A stretch of DNA of 64,000 nucleotides from contig NMRA01000625.1 in NCBI GenBank assembly GCA_002633005.1, positions 124,001 through 188,000 of the forward strand, in the 5' to 3' direction. The notes beneath the pieces are model-generated. The model saw nothing but the letters and a program-made list of their open reading frames with translations, had not been told where the DNA came from and searched no databases. The position numbers were made by a program, and so were the translations under genes. Position 1 is the stretch's first letter. The number at the start of each line of letters is the position of its first letter. This DNA comes from Phoronis australis. Lineage: Eukaryota > Animalia > Phoronida. Below are positions 40,561 through 52,722 of this stretch, one piece after another.

Positions 40561-40642
40561 CGGGTGAGGCAATTCTGGCGTCTTCACTAGGTAAAACCTC
40601 TTCGTTGTATCTCTTGTTGGTAATTAAAAAAGCTCTCGGCAT
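40561..40642 (-). CDS. scrt: Scratch exon 1 encoding the SNAG repression motif (MPRAFLITNKRY...)
   Basis: aagATG start. MPRAFLIT matches the SNAG consensus MPRSFLVK. The exon is 27 codons + 1 nt followed by donor G|GTACGT, phase-compatible with the acceptor at 31637 (G+GA = Gly). Intron is about 8.9 kb. Confidence 0.9.
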
Positions 40643-40939
40643 CTTGACTGTCTGTTCTCGATGTAATGAGGAGCAACAGGCGGCTTCCAAACGGAAGATG
40701 GCGGATCTTACGAGAATGTGCCAGACGCTTCCAACAGGCTGCCGTTTAATACGTCTCTGTAAATACCCTACCTGCCGGGGTTCCTTCTCATTCTGGATGG
40801 TGGTTGAAGATGATGGTGGTTATGAAAACAGACGAAGATCTCACAAGCGGCCCGTGTCAAACCCTATGAACAGTTTGTAATCTGAGTTTAGAATCTTTAA
40901 TTCAAAAGTCGCGTACAACAGAGCATACCGCAGCGTGTG

Positions 40940-40945
40940 TTTATA
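40940..40945 (-). promoter_or_regulatory. Candidate TATA box of scratch
   Basis: TATAAA on the minus strand about 300 nt upstream of the ATG; motif match only. Confidence 0.3.
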
Positions 40946-41649
40946 ATATAAAACCAAAAAATGCTCAAATTAAACTTGTTAGGAGTGAACTGAGCAATAG
41001 GTGATTTTTGCTCCTGTTTCCGCTCGTGCACATTCCTCGAACAGCACATACAATTGGTTTCACCATCCTTGTAAAATTCAATACTTTATTGCCGATTTGT
41101 GTCGCCACAATGCGTGTAAATATTTCTTTTTATTTCTTAAATCACCAGTGCTCAGTGGCGTTAAGTTACGTTTGGCAGGCAAGTTATCTCGACGGAACAG
41201 AATGAGAACAGCGTTGGCGGCATTCCCGTTTCTATACTTCAGTGTTGATTTTTTTCAGTCATTGCAATGAGCGACTGGATGTTCATTGGTGGTGATAATG
41301 CCGAAAGGTCTCTCTTTTTAGTGCCTGAATACAATAAGAGCAGATAGTGCTTCTGCGTTCTGTAGACCCATTTCAAAAATCCCCCGTTTGATCAACTCCA
41401 GACGACGGTGGGTTTTTTAAATCGAGGTTAATTCAGATTTTAATATAGTCTATTATTCAACGTTCCCAAGCTGTTTGTCCGATATCAAGAATTTTAAGCC
41501 AGTAATCGGCCACGTTTCAAGAGATACTAAAACTATTCATCAGGGGGTACCACAGAAGCGAGACCTTACGCATCTGTTTTGGCTCTCTTTTATAGTATTT
41601 CTTCGGGTAAAAACAATTTTAATATTAATTAAGCAGGACCCTAAAAAAT

Positions 41650-42110
41650 GTTTAAATTTGGTCAACTTCGGAACATCATATCTCAGAGATGGCTGATTGC
41701 AGTCACATGAAACTTTCAGTCACTATGCTTTCTGCATTGTTCCCCAAAACAGAGTTAGCATTTGTTTTTTTTTTCGTGATCCACTTTTGCATGAGGGGTT
41801 TTCAAAAATAGGATTTTTGTTAATTCCATAAAAAGTTGCATAAAATGAAAACAAAATGACAATTTAGGAAACTGCAACAGCGCTTGTGACATTCCATCCT
41901 GAAGATTTACTTTAAATGAAATTTGGCCATGTTACTGATACTATTGCTTTGTTATCAATGTACCTTTCTTCTTTGCTTAATTTCGCTAAAAAGACATGAT
42001 CACATCACTCAATTAATGTTAAAATGTCTAAAATCAATTTTTTAAGCTTTCTACTTTCAGAAAATATATACTTTTACTGAGTTGAAATTTATAGTTTTGT
42101 AGATAAGATC
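41650..42110 (+). mobile_element. Longest local copy of an old non-autonomous repeat family
   Basis: Contains both segments seen separately at 21765-21891/61777-61838 and at 20076-20335. No ORF; ends not defined. Confidence 0.6.
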
Positions 42111-44569
42111 CAACTTAATCCTAACAAAACTTTTTACGAGGAATCTAATTTCAGAAGCCAAACAGTTTCAAAAGTCACCAGCTTTGGGTCAATTTGTTTC
42201 ACCCAATGTTTTGGTGCCATGGAATTACCCCTAATGCGGTAATTGCTTTTATCAACACAATACGACTTTAGAAGATCAGATTCTATGATAAACAGCGAGA
42301 TTTGCGTGATCTTGCGTTTTTGCGAGTTTTTTGCGTCTACGAAACGCAAGGGNGGGCGCTCGTGAGATAAGGGTCCTATGTGACTGCCTGAATGACGGCA
42401 TTTCGAAGACCTTCGTTACACATGAGACACCTAGCTAATTTCCAGTTCCCAAAAATGTTCAATACTCTGTCTCACTTTTGTTTTGGTAAATAGCATAAGA
42501 TATCATGATTCATATGTCCCATTGTGACTCAGTTTTGCTGATAAGTTACAAAGGTGGGTGGAGAATGAAACAGAGGAGTCAAATAAAAAGTTTGGCATTT
42601 GTTGTATGGATTGTTTAATTTTACTTGTATCTTTTCAACACTGAGACTTGGCATTAGGAACGACCATTTTCTTTGGTTTTGTTGGCACGAGCCGCGGTTG
42701 AATCGCGGTTCGTTGTTGTGATCAACATGTTTTACCCTCCCGCCATAGGCGCCAAACCAGATTCATCCAGATGGTCCCAACACCACGTGCAGCTATCAAT
42801 CAAGATAGGCGGAGCCAATCAAAACGAATAATTTACTACTAGCACGAGAACAAAGGTGTGCCACTGACTGTGGCACGTGCTTTGTGGTAGGCGCAACTTA
42901 CGGACTATGTGGGTTTGTTTTGGTAAATTTCAACAGCGTAAATGGTTTGATGTATCGGTTGTTTAGAGTAGAGAACATCCACGCGCGGAAGAATTTAAAC
43001 ACAAGGTTACATCAACGCAGTGATTTAATTCTTGCGCGCTTTAGGTGTAGCGAGTGGTGTCTAATTTTAAAGTATATGTTTACTTTTCCAGTAAGCAGTT
43101 TTCGCGACCGTCTTTGTCTGTAAAGTGCATAACAAACGCAAGCTGAGCAACATTAACTTTACTTTGTTCTTACTAAAAGTGTAAACATAAAAGTGTAAAA
43201 AACGATTTCTGTGTCTAAAACAGATGCTTAGCGTGTTCATCGTTAAAATAGGCAATGTTAACAACCTTGTTATTTGCAGTAAACAAGATAAAATGCAGTG
43301 TATACTTTTTAATTTTCATGTGATCTTAATTTCATGAAATTCACAATTTCCAGAAAGTATAGCAACAACCAGTGTGTAGAGCAGAGCAGTTAATCAATTG
43401 ATTTTTCACGAGCGGTTACAAGACACATCATTTCAAGAAACTTGACACGGTGTTATTGGCTAGCTCTGGAACAAATATATTGGTCTGTGGCCGTTATAGG
43501 GAGTCGCAAGGTGTGTGTCAGTAGCGTCGCTACCATGTAATCATAGCTACAGTGCTGATGATGCGGTGAATTAGTTCTGCACGAAGACCATGAACCGTGC
43601 ACATAGGTATACTGGCCAAATAAAAAACTAACCACCTTCGACAGAGTCTTAAGGCAACATGTTTTGGAATTGCAGTCGGTTCAAAAAGACTTACAACGCG
43701 TGCCGCTAAGATGGCACGCTTATCTGTGGAACTCATTTACTTGGCATTGGAGATTTTCACAGATTTTAAACGCGCACAGAATGGCCAAGTTAGCATGACA
43801 AAATATTTGTGCTAGACGTCCCAGTAAGAGGCACTAGAAATCTATTATTAAGCCATTAGTTAGAAGTGATACACGCGGCATTCTTGTTGTAATATACACA
43901 ACATTCTGTTAACGACGAATCAAAACATGGCCCATACTGCATTACCAGCTCGTCTGTCAAGAGCTTGTTGGAGATGGCTTTTTAATAACCGTTGAAAAGT
44001 TAGACTGTTTTTAACACGGTGTTAATGCAGACGTCGTATTTATTGTCCTTTCTATTTTTCGTTGATTTTTACATTGTCCGTGTGTTTTTGTGTTGATGTC
44101 ATCATGTTTACACTGCCGGATAGAGTTCAGAATCACGTTGTGGACGCAAATTAAGAGAAAGTGACGTCCCTTGTCCATGGAGTATCACTCTCACAGGCCA
44201 CGGTAGCAGAAACGTTATACACTGGGTAACAAGTACGATATCACAATATCGCACATCACCTTGTTCCCATTGGATAGTAACACAACTAGGAACATCTGTG
44301 ACACAGGCCCATATTAGAGGTTGTTGCACTTTTATTCGTTGGCTAATTTAAACTGTTACGTGACGTTGAAATAAATTTTGCTTTTCTGAAAAGACTCGTT
44401 CACGAAGTTCTTGCCTATACGTCACCATTTCTCAGTCGATGCAAGAGTGTCAGTTTCCTATGAGGCTTTGTATATATTTTAGCATGTGTTCATTTGTGCA
44501 CCGATACTCAGGGATATGGATTTGTCACACATCCTCTTACAACGGCGAAATCACATGACAACGAAACGT

Positions 44570-45938
44570 TGTTTCAATACCTCTCTGTCCGTCTCCTGAG
44601 TAAGATACTGGTATCAGCGAAACGTCGAACCAAAAATCCTTATTCCCTAAACGAGCAGAGGTTTTACCTATAACTACATTGTTGAGGACGTTTGTCATAC
44701 AAAGAAGCATGGCGTGTTGATTTTGGAAGTCAAGAATTTTCAAAAAAAAAAACAAAAAAAACACCGGTTGAACAAAGAACTTGAGCAGTCTGAGTTGGCG
44801 TTCATTTTGAACATTTTCTCAAAAGAAGTATCGAATTTACAATTATTTAGTTTATTTACTGCTATGGATTCACGTCGCTTGCACCTACTGAAAACTGTAT
44901 TTGTCGTATCGGTAATTGTGTTGAAACTTTGCAATGCGGAACATTAAATTTAGAGAAGTTCTAGATTTTCTGAGTGATTTCTGCAAAAATCACGCACCAC
45001 TAAAAGTTTCGACTAGTGATTTGTCAATGTCATATGTCGAACATATAACATTTCTGCGTTCTGTCAACGTCGACAATATAAGCACGTAAAAATTGCGGCT
45101 TAGTAAAATCTGTCTAGAATTGATGTGAATTTGTTAATTACTCCTGCTATTAAAGTTGACGTGCCTACAAATGAGCAACAGTTGAAGCAAACCACATGTC
45201 TCAAGGCTGCTGGGTTTTTAATACTTCACTTTTAACTAAAAATTCCCTTTNTGTTTCAATACCTCTCTGTCCGTCTCCTGAGTAAGATACTGGTATCCGC
45301 GAAACGTCGAACCAAAAATCCTTATTCCCTAAACGAGCAGAGGTTTTACCTATAACTACATTGTAGAGGACGTTTGTCATACAAAGAAGCATGGCGTGTT
45401 GATTTTGGAAGTCAAGAATTTTCAAAAAAAAAAACAAAAAAAACACCGGTTGAACAAAGAACTTGAGCAGTCTGTGTTGGCGTTCATTTTGAACATTTTC
45501 TCAAAAGAAGTATCGAACTTACAATTATTTAGTTTATTTACTGCTATGGATTCACGTCGCTTGCACCTACATGTACTGAAAACTGTATTTGTCGTATCGG
45601 TAATTGTGTTGAAACTTTGCAATGCGGAACATTAAATTTAGAGAAGTTCTAGATTTTCTGAGTGATTTCTGCAAAAATCAGGCACCACTAAAAGTTTCGA
45701 CTAGTGATTTGTCAATGTCATATGTCGAACATATAACATTTCTGCGTTCTGTCAACGTCGACAATATAAGCACGTAAAAATTGCGGCTTAGTAAAATCTG
45801 TCTAGAATTGATGTGAATTTGTTAATTACTCCTGCTATTAAAGTTGACGTGCCTACAAATGAGCAACAGTTGAAGCAGACCACATGTCTCAAGGCTGCTG
45901 GGTTTTTAATACTTCACTTTTAACTAAAAATTCCCTTT
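44570..45938. other. Assembly artefact: unmerged haplotype overlap (681/687 bp around N45251)
   Basis: 44570-45250 versus 45252-45938 differ by about 6 SNPs and one 6-bp indel; a single N lies at the junction. Confidence 0.9.
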
Positions 45939-48900
45939 TAGGGCTCCCTCGCGTTATGTTGTTTGTTTGCTTTGTTTAATTTTCTGTCACTTTTTGTACA
46001 GAGAAAATTGAAAAATCTATGCCCTATTAGGAGTGCAATGTTAATTAATGTTGACAAAAAGTTTCTCTTAAGCAGCTGGGGATGCTGTATTCGGTTTCAT
46101 TCATACACAAGTTGTTATTTTATTGCCTGTTTTAAAGGCAAAATACTCTTGGGAAAGTCAGTCTACTCATACACAATAGTTTAGCGTAGAATCCTGAAAT
46201 ATTTAATCGACACCCAGTTCACTACATGTGTCAACAAATTTAAGTCACGAAAATTGCTGCTATTGTAAACTCTTGACAAACATTTCTTTAATTGTCTTCT
46301 CTGTGTCAGTAACATCCGGTTCTTAAACGAGTGAGATGAAGCTTTTTGGTTTTGTCTCTCTTTTTTAATTTTATCTACGACTTAAGCAGCTGTTTCTCAA
46401 TCCTTCGGCTGTCACAATTTGGTGATAACCAGCTTGCGATCTTATCCAGTCTAATTGGCACAACAGCACTACGACAACTGATCAAACCTGGCCACGGACT
46501 GCAAGCGATAAACAGGGTGGCAATTCGAAGAGTCGATCGTCAGTTGGAGTTTCAGCACAATCCCTTAGCCAGGGGGTGCGACTAATGTGAATGCATACCC
46601 CACCCACACTCATGCAGCTGAGGTGCACCTACTGGCAAATGAGGACCGCTTCTGTCAAAACAATTTTGTTTGAAATTGGTTGTCGATATATTTGACGACC
46701 GGGTGATGAATCGGGAAGGACCGGGAGCGGGGGAAGGATCGACTGCCAACGGTGAGAGACGGGGGGAGGGGGGGGGGGGGAATGGTGANCCACAGTGGGA
46801 TAGTGTTGACTTTGGGAGACAGAATTTATTAATATAACTGATCTATTACATGACCAATAAATAATTCTCACTTCTTCTCAGTTGTTGGCGACTTGGTTGG
46901 TGTACTGGATAGGGATGGCAGCCTAATGTCCTTTTTGTTTTAATTCTACAGTTTCGACTGTGTGGAACGCGACCAAATTGGACAACCGGGGCCTCGTTAG
47001 ACTGATTGATGACAGACTCCGGGTTGGCCTCATTTACTCAAGTTCACTAATTTGGTATGCACGTTATTTTTTAAATAAAAATCATCCAATCTGCCTCGAA
47101 CACAAATAACACCTTTAAAAACAGACATTGACGCGGAAAATCGCGTCACACTGACGAACCTAATTTGAATTTCAAATACAAACAGTTTTGAACAATGGAA
47201 ACGGACACGAACTTGTAAGTGGAATTAAAGGGTCATTTCTTGTAATCAAGTGAAAGCGACATTATTATCTTAACTTTGTAAACTCTACGCGATGTACGGC
47301 TGCTCGTATTACAACATAGATTTTTAAGCGTCCTCTCAGAAAGTATACAAGACATGGTCTGGTTTAAATCGTCAACGATTTTGAGGGTGTTGTGACAAGC
47401 AAACTGTTTTTTGGTGTTTCAAGAGGTCGCGTTTATTGTCAATTTGTAAGTGAGACGATTACAAAGTCTTTTAGATTCCATCGACTTTTAATGGAGCTCA
47501 ACTACCACGGAGAGTATCAGCAGTGTCGCCAAAATAATAAAAATGTTAAATTACCACTAAAAGATATCGGATTTCTAAACATTAAGTTCATAGCAAAATG
47601 TCCTACAAATATAGCTTCCGCCCGATTTTAATTGGATGCATGTCTGGTGATTTCAGTCGCCCTTTCAAAAGTGGATCATAAACCGAGAACACGTTCCCTG
47701 ATGACAAGTAGGTTTACGGTCTAATTTCGTACAAAACACGTGCAAAACACATTTTCTCATTACATGCCTCATATTCACTCCTGTCTAGTGCCCCAGGATA
47801 AAATAAATGATTTGTGTTCACTCTAACTACTCGTTTCCATAAGGTAGTCCCTTTACTTACGTTGGAGCTAAAAGTCCTCAAGGAAATAAAATACAAAATT
47901 GTAGCGTTGCATAACTTTGCAGCTTCTGTAACAGTCAGTTAGTTCACTCTGAAGCGGGCCAACTGTCGAAAAAGTTATGCAGAGAATGATAGCAACAAGT
48001 GGAACCACTTGTTTCTCAACAATTCATTTTTTGGTTTGTTGGAAAAAAAAAACAACTAAAGTGGTAGGTCAAATTCAGTTCAAAGATAGAGAAAATGGCC
48101 GTATATCTTGAAAACCAAATTTTATCTATTCGAATCGCTAACTGTTTTATTTCATAGATTCTGCTTTTGTTTTACGTACATGTTGCCATGGTTTCAAGAA
48201 TTTCGGCCAGCTTAAATCAAAATGGGATACAGAAGGGAATATTGTTTTAATGCAAGGACGGATTTGAGCTTTAAAACAGTCGGAGAATACACAAGTCACG
48301 TGTGCAATCTTTTTTGTCAATGATGGGCTTCTTCGTGCGAGTGGTATTTTTATATTGAATATTGATCGCATGGACGCAAAAATTGCCGAATAATTGCTTG
48401 AGTTTGAACAGGGTAATTTACGGAAGAAAATCCGCGGAAAGTACACAAAAATGGATCGCTTAAACTGACCCAATGCTTCCTTAAACCGCAGTCTTTGAAA
48501 CCAATGTTAAAACTAATTAATGCTGCCTTGATGCGGCCGGAATTGCAGTACACGCTTATATTCCGTTCGTTGAATCTTGCACGTGTACAAGCTGGCTAGC
48601 TTGCTAGACGGTAGGGAATCGAATTCTTGTAATCCTGTCACCCATCACTTCACGTGGATACCCTAAACATACAGAAAAACTTCAAAAAGACAAACGGGAC
48701 AAAGACGACTGCTGTAACATTACCCAAGCTGTATTTAAGAGGCACGCGTGGCCATAACAATCTTTCACCCAGGTAAACACGGGAATGTTTCCATCTGACT
48801 CATTGTTATGACAACAGGCCTGTGGCGCGCGACACCTATTTATTTGCACTACCTTTATTTTCACTATTTCACTGAGCAAAAATTCCAACAGTATGATGAA

Positions 48901-50589
48901 CATCTCGACAGCTGACGCGTGGACGTCGGAATGTCATCTAACCGATGCTCAAAATAACAGGAACACGTTTGTTGGTTTTCGCCAAACGGTTGCAAATGGA
49001 TTTAGTAGACTTCAGTTTAAAAGACTTGACACCATACGTCAATGCGTTTTCGAATTCCTTAAGCGAATTCGTTGCACTTAACTTGTGAGCATTCGGGTGC
49101 TCAAAACGATTGTGAACGGTGTTTTTAACGTGTAATAAACCCTCGTGTTCTGTCAACAAAAAAATTTGAATTAAGCGATTTACCGTTGTATAATCGGACC
49201 TTATTCAGCTGAGCAATCGTTTATAGGTTTAAGGACACTTCCTTATTGCTTCAGACCAGACTTGTTCAAAGGACTTGCTACGGCGAGAAAGTTTCGGCCT
49301 CCGAAAACGTTTAACCGTCAAAGGAAAAACGAGCATTTTATTGTAACCACATTTCAATGCTTACGCGGCGACGTTGTTTTGAAAAGGCAAAAACGTCTGT
49401 GAAGAAAGTTGTTTTTGCCACTGGAGCATGGACAGCGACTCTAATATCCGATTCCTGTTCTTACGAAAACATGTCTACTTTCAGTCATTACAAATAGTTC
49501 ATGGGGCGATGACGGTTTCGTAGATATTCTATTTCGATGTACATGGTCTGGTCTTGTGTCATGCACAGAGTGTGACATTTAACTAAACTTGCCCAATTGC
49601 AAATTGTGGTTAATTTCAAACGTTCACTGTACTGTCACGTGATGCCCGTGTTCGATTTGCGTCATTGTTGTAAGGACCAATTTCCAGTGTTAATTAAACG
49701 AGGCTCGTACCATCAGTTGTCCATGTTGTCACCACGCAGCTGTTCCAACACGGTTCCCAAACCGTCTGATGATGGAATCCAGTCCTGGTTGATCACGTGA
49801 CAAACCGACAGCACGCCATTCACGTTCTGCCTTGGGCAGTAGTGTGTCGATCAGTCTCGTTATGGACGAAAACGTGCGGTTCCAGGTGAACTCAGTTACC
49901 TTGAGGTTTGGTATAATTTGCATATTGAGGTCTGGAAGGGCTCCAGTCTGCAGTGTCAACAAGAAATCGCAGTATTTTGAATCACCGAGAATAAACTTCA
50001 CTTTATCAACAACCCTTATAAAACTCAAATTATAAAATATAATTCAAATAAGGATCATCTGATGGTAATAAAAATAGTTAAAAAATTTAGGTGGACTGAT
50101 CGAACCACACGCGGTTCATCTTTGCAGAAGCTAGGCCTACATGAAAAGTGTCACGCAACAAAAATGCAACACAGTTTGCACCAACCAAAATTGACTTAGG
50201 GATTAATTCTAAAACACAAAGTCACAATTACACACTGCTAAAACGATCCGTTTTCAACGCATCACTTCAAAACTTCCAAATCAGATTAGATGACGGTGTA
50301 GTTCAACTCGTTTCACCCTGAAGACGATCCCAGACACAAGCCTGACACTAGTCATAAATCTGTGCCCTGACCACCGTAACTCGAGTCATTTCTTTGCTGA
50401 TAAATTCTCCAACTTTGTGCTATTTTGGCTATTAATAAAACAAAATTGATTGGTGGGTAAAAATTCTCGTGTCATGGGCACGTGTGCGTGTTTGTCACAA
50501 ACTTTGCATGACTTCCGGTAGGCACCATTACAAGTATGCCTACAACAAAATGTCCTGATTTAGCCCATGAAACCCACTTTCAATCTCAA

Positions 50590-50815
50590 AAACGGATCCG
50601 GGTTTTTACAAAGGAAATTCCAAGTAAAACGATAGGTTTCTGAAGAGACTTCTAGATCGCAAACAATAAGTAATAAACCGCTAATAAATTCTAATGCTGT
50701 GATCGATATACTCAGAGGTCTAAAAAAGAAATAAAATAGAAGTTGTCTTGTGTTTCTTGTTTGCCCCTTTGGATAAAAAGAGGGGCCCTGGACCCCTCCA
50801 CTGGATCCGCCTGTG
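50590..50815. mobile_element. Degenerate MITE related to the CATGGGCGGATCCAG-type TIR family
   Basis: Right end GGACCCCTCCACTGGATCCGCCTGTG resembles the TIR/subterminal pattern of 26199; the left end is only partial (CGGATCCGGG). Confidence 0.4.
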
Positions 50816-52411
50816 TGTATACATATTTTCTGGCATGAGTGTTCAACATTCGGGTACTACCAGCCCACTATATAAACGGACATCAGGTATGAAAACGCAA
50901 ATTAACTATTGGGCATCCTATCGACTGTCTTCTCCAATTAAACGAAGACAGCCTGTTCGCCACGTGTTGACGGCCGGCATTACAACGGTAATCCATCCAT
51001 TAAATGGAAATAATACATCCGTTCCATATGGGGCTCTGCTGGGCGAAACGTGCACACAACACTCTAATTGACAACAGCGAGGCTAATTTCTCATAACGTC
51101 CAGTTCATTCATAAATCTGTACAGTCGCGCACTCTTCAATAATTGCAACCGTGAAGAAATGGTCGAAGGACTTGCGTACGCGCAAACATTGAGCTCCTAC
51201 GTTTAATCGAAGTGTTAAAAGGAGGCATACATGTGTTGTAAACTTTTTTTATGGCCCTTTTGAACTACTTGTCAGTGAATGATGGGTAGGGAACAATAAG
51301 TTGCTCCGAATCATTTTCCATGAATTGGAATCGAAGCTGTACCCACTTTTTTATGGCAAACTGCGCAATTTCTCCACTCCAATGATATACTTAGAATAAA
51401 CATATTGACAATAACTAACCAGCGAGGAGCACACGGTATATTGGTTCCATGACCTCAACCGAGAAGCGGTTTAGGTGTCAGATAAAAAATAACTCCACCT
51501 TGATATGATAAAATATTACCACGTGGTCTTCTAATGGAAGTTTATTTACAATCTCTTTTATGTAAACGTCACTGTAACAGCGGAACTAGGGGGTTATCTA
51601 CAATCTTTTAAGTCGTCACAAAAAAGAAGCACAAAAAGTGCTGGCGGTGACGTCACGCGGATTGGAAGACATATCGGAACAGGTTGCACTGAAAGTCAGA
51701 CGCACAATTATGAAGATGACATCCGGTCTGTGATTTGTGTTCGTGCACTAAGCACTTATGCAGGGGTCATCACACTCCAGGCAAGGAGCACTAAATTAAT
51801 AAAAAGATGTGTTTTGGAGAGATTAGGCTAACAGCAAATTGACAGTTGTCAAGAATTTAATGCACAACAAATGTGCATGTTCAATTATACCAGCCATGTT
51901 GGAAGTTTCGTAAATAGGAAAGCACACACATGCACCTATACACTTCATGAAGGTTTTGCTACATTGTTCTGTATGTTGGACATCATTAAAATGTATGATT
52001 TCGTTAACAGGAACATTAATATGGGAGAACGGATCGGTGTTTGTCGGTTGAAGGCAAAACTGTTAGAATCAAGTTGGTTATTCTTACAGAGTATACCTGT
52101 ATTCCGATGATATGCAGCAAATTCTATACCGAACCTGAGGGAAGATTTTGTTCTTTCGAGACCAGTAGTGATTTCCTTTCACGACCCAATATGTATAACA
52201 TTGGACTGCTCGGTTTCTATTATGTCTAGTTCTTTCTAGGAACTATCCTACAGATTCAACGTGCTTTTATCAATCGGTGGTTTAAAGCTGCCATGAACCG
52301 CCGAAAATTCGATTCAGACTACTTACCGCTAAGCGATTTTTCTTAAATTGTTCAAATTTGTAGGGATTTCTGGGCTTTGGAACAGTTCGTTATTGCTCAA
52401 GATAGAGCTTG

Positions 52412-52722
52412 ACACCTCGGGTATTTTCGGAGGTGAATGTTATCCGTGCACGTGCGACAACTTCAGTCATACGGAAAAAATTCGGCAGTTGAAATTCTTA
52501 CGCCATGCCTTTTGCCAAATAACGTGCATCTCAGAGGGGAAATTTAAGAATGACCGTCACGTCTTTTGAGACCTCCTAGGCTAGAGCCGTGATCTTAGCT
52601 ATCTCTTGACCAAATCCCTTTCAGCTGAAATTAGATTGTCCCTATGAATGAAGTTCGCACACGCGCAGATAACGTTCATCTCCGAGAGGGAATGTGGAAT
52701 TACAAAAAAATACCCGAGGTGT
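52412..52722. mobile_element. Fold-back MITE with long (~85-105 bp) imperfect inverted arms
   Basis: ACACCTCGGGTATTTT..CGGAG.TGAA.GTTATC.G...GTGCGA..ACTTCA.TCATA.GGA..CAG.TGAAA is mirrored at 52619-52722, with a ~20-bp indel in one arm. Confidence 0.75.

Noticed and set aside
44537-45635. Duplicated small ORF pairs (possible gene tandem)
   Set aside because: Products of the haplotype-overlap artefact; no protein similarity recognised.
46761-46790. G-quadruplex / poly-G tract (also poly-C at 25838-25853)
   Set aside because: Homopolymers abut N gaps, so lengths and context are unreliable.
33076-48921. Exact 15-mer GACAGCTGACGCGTG at 33076 and 48907 (E-box plus Hes-like site)
   Set aside because: A few exact 15-mer matches are expected by chance in 64 kb; the flanks do not extend the match convincingly.
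49729-50028. 99-aa minus-strand ORF with protein-like composition
   Set aside because: Non-ATG start, no recognised homology, no linked exons.
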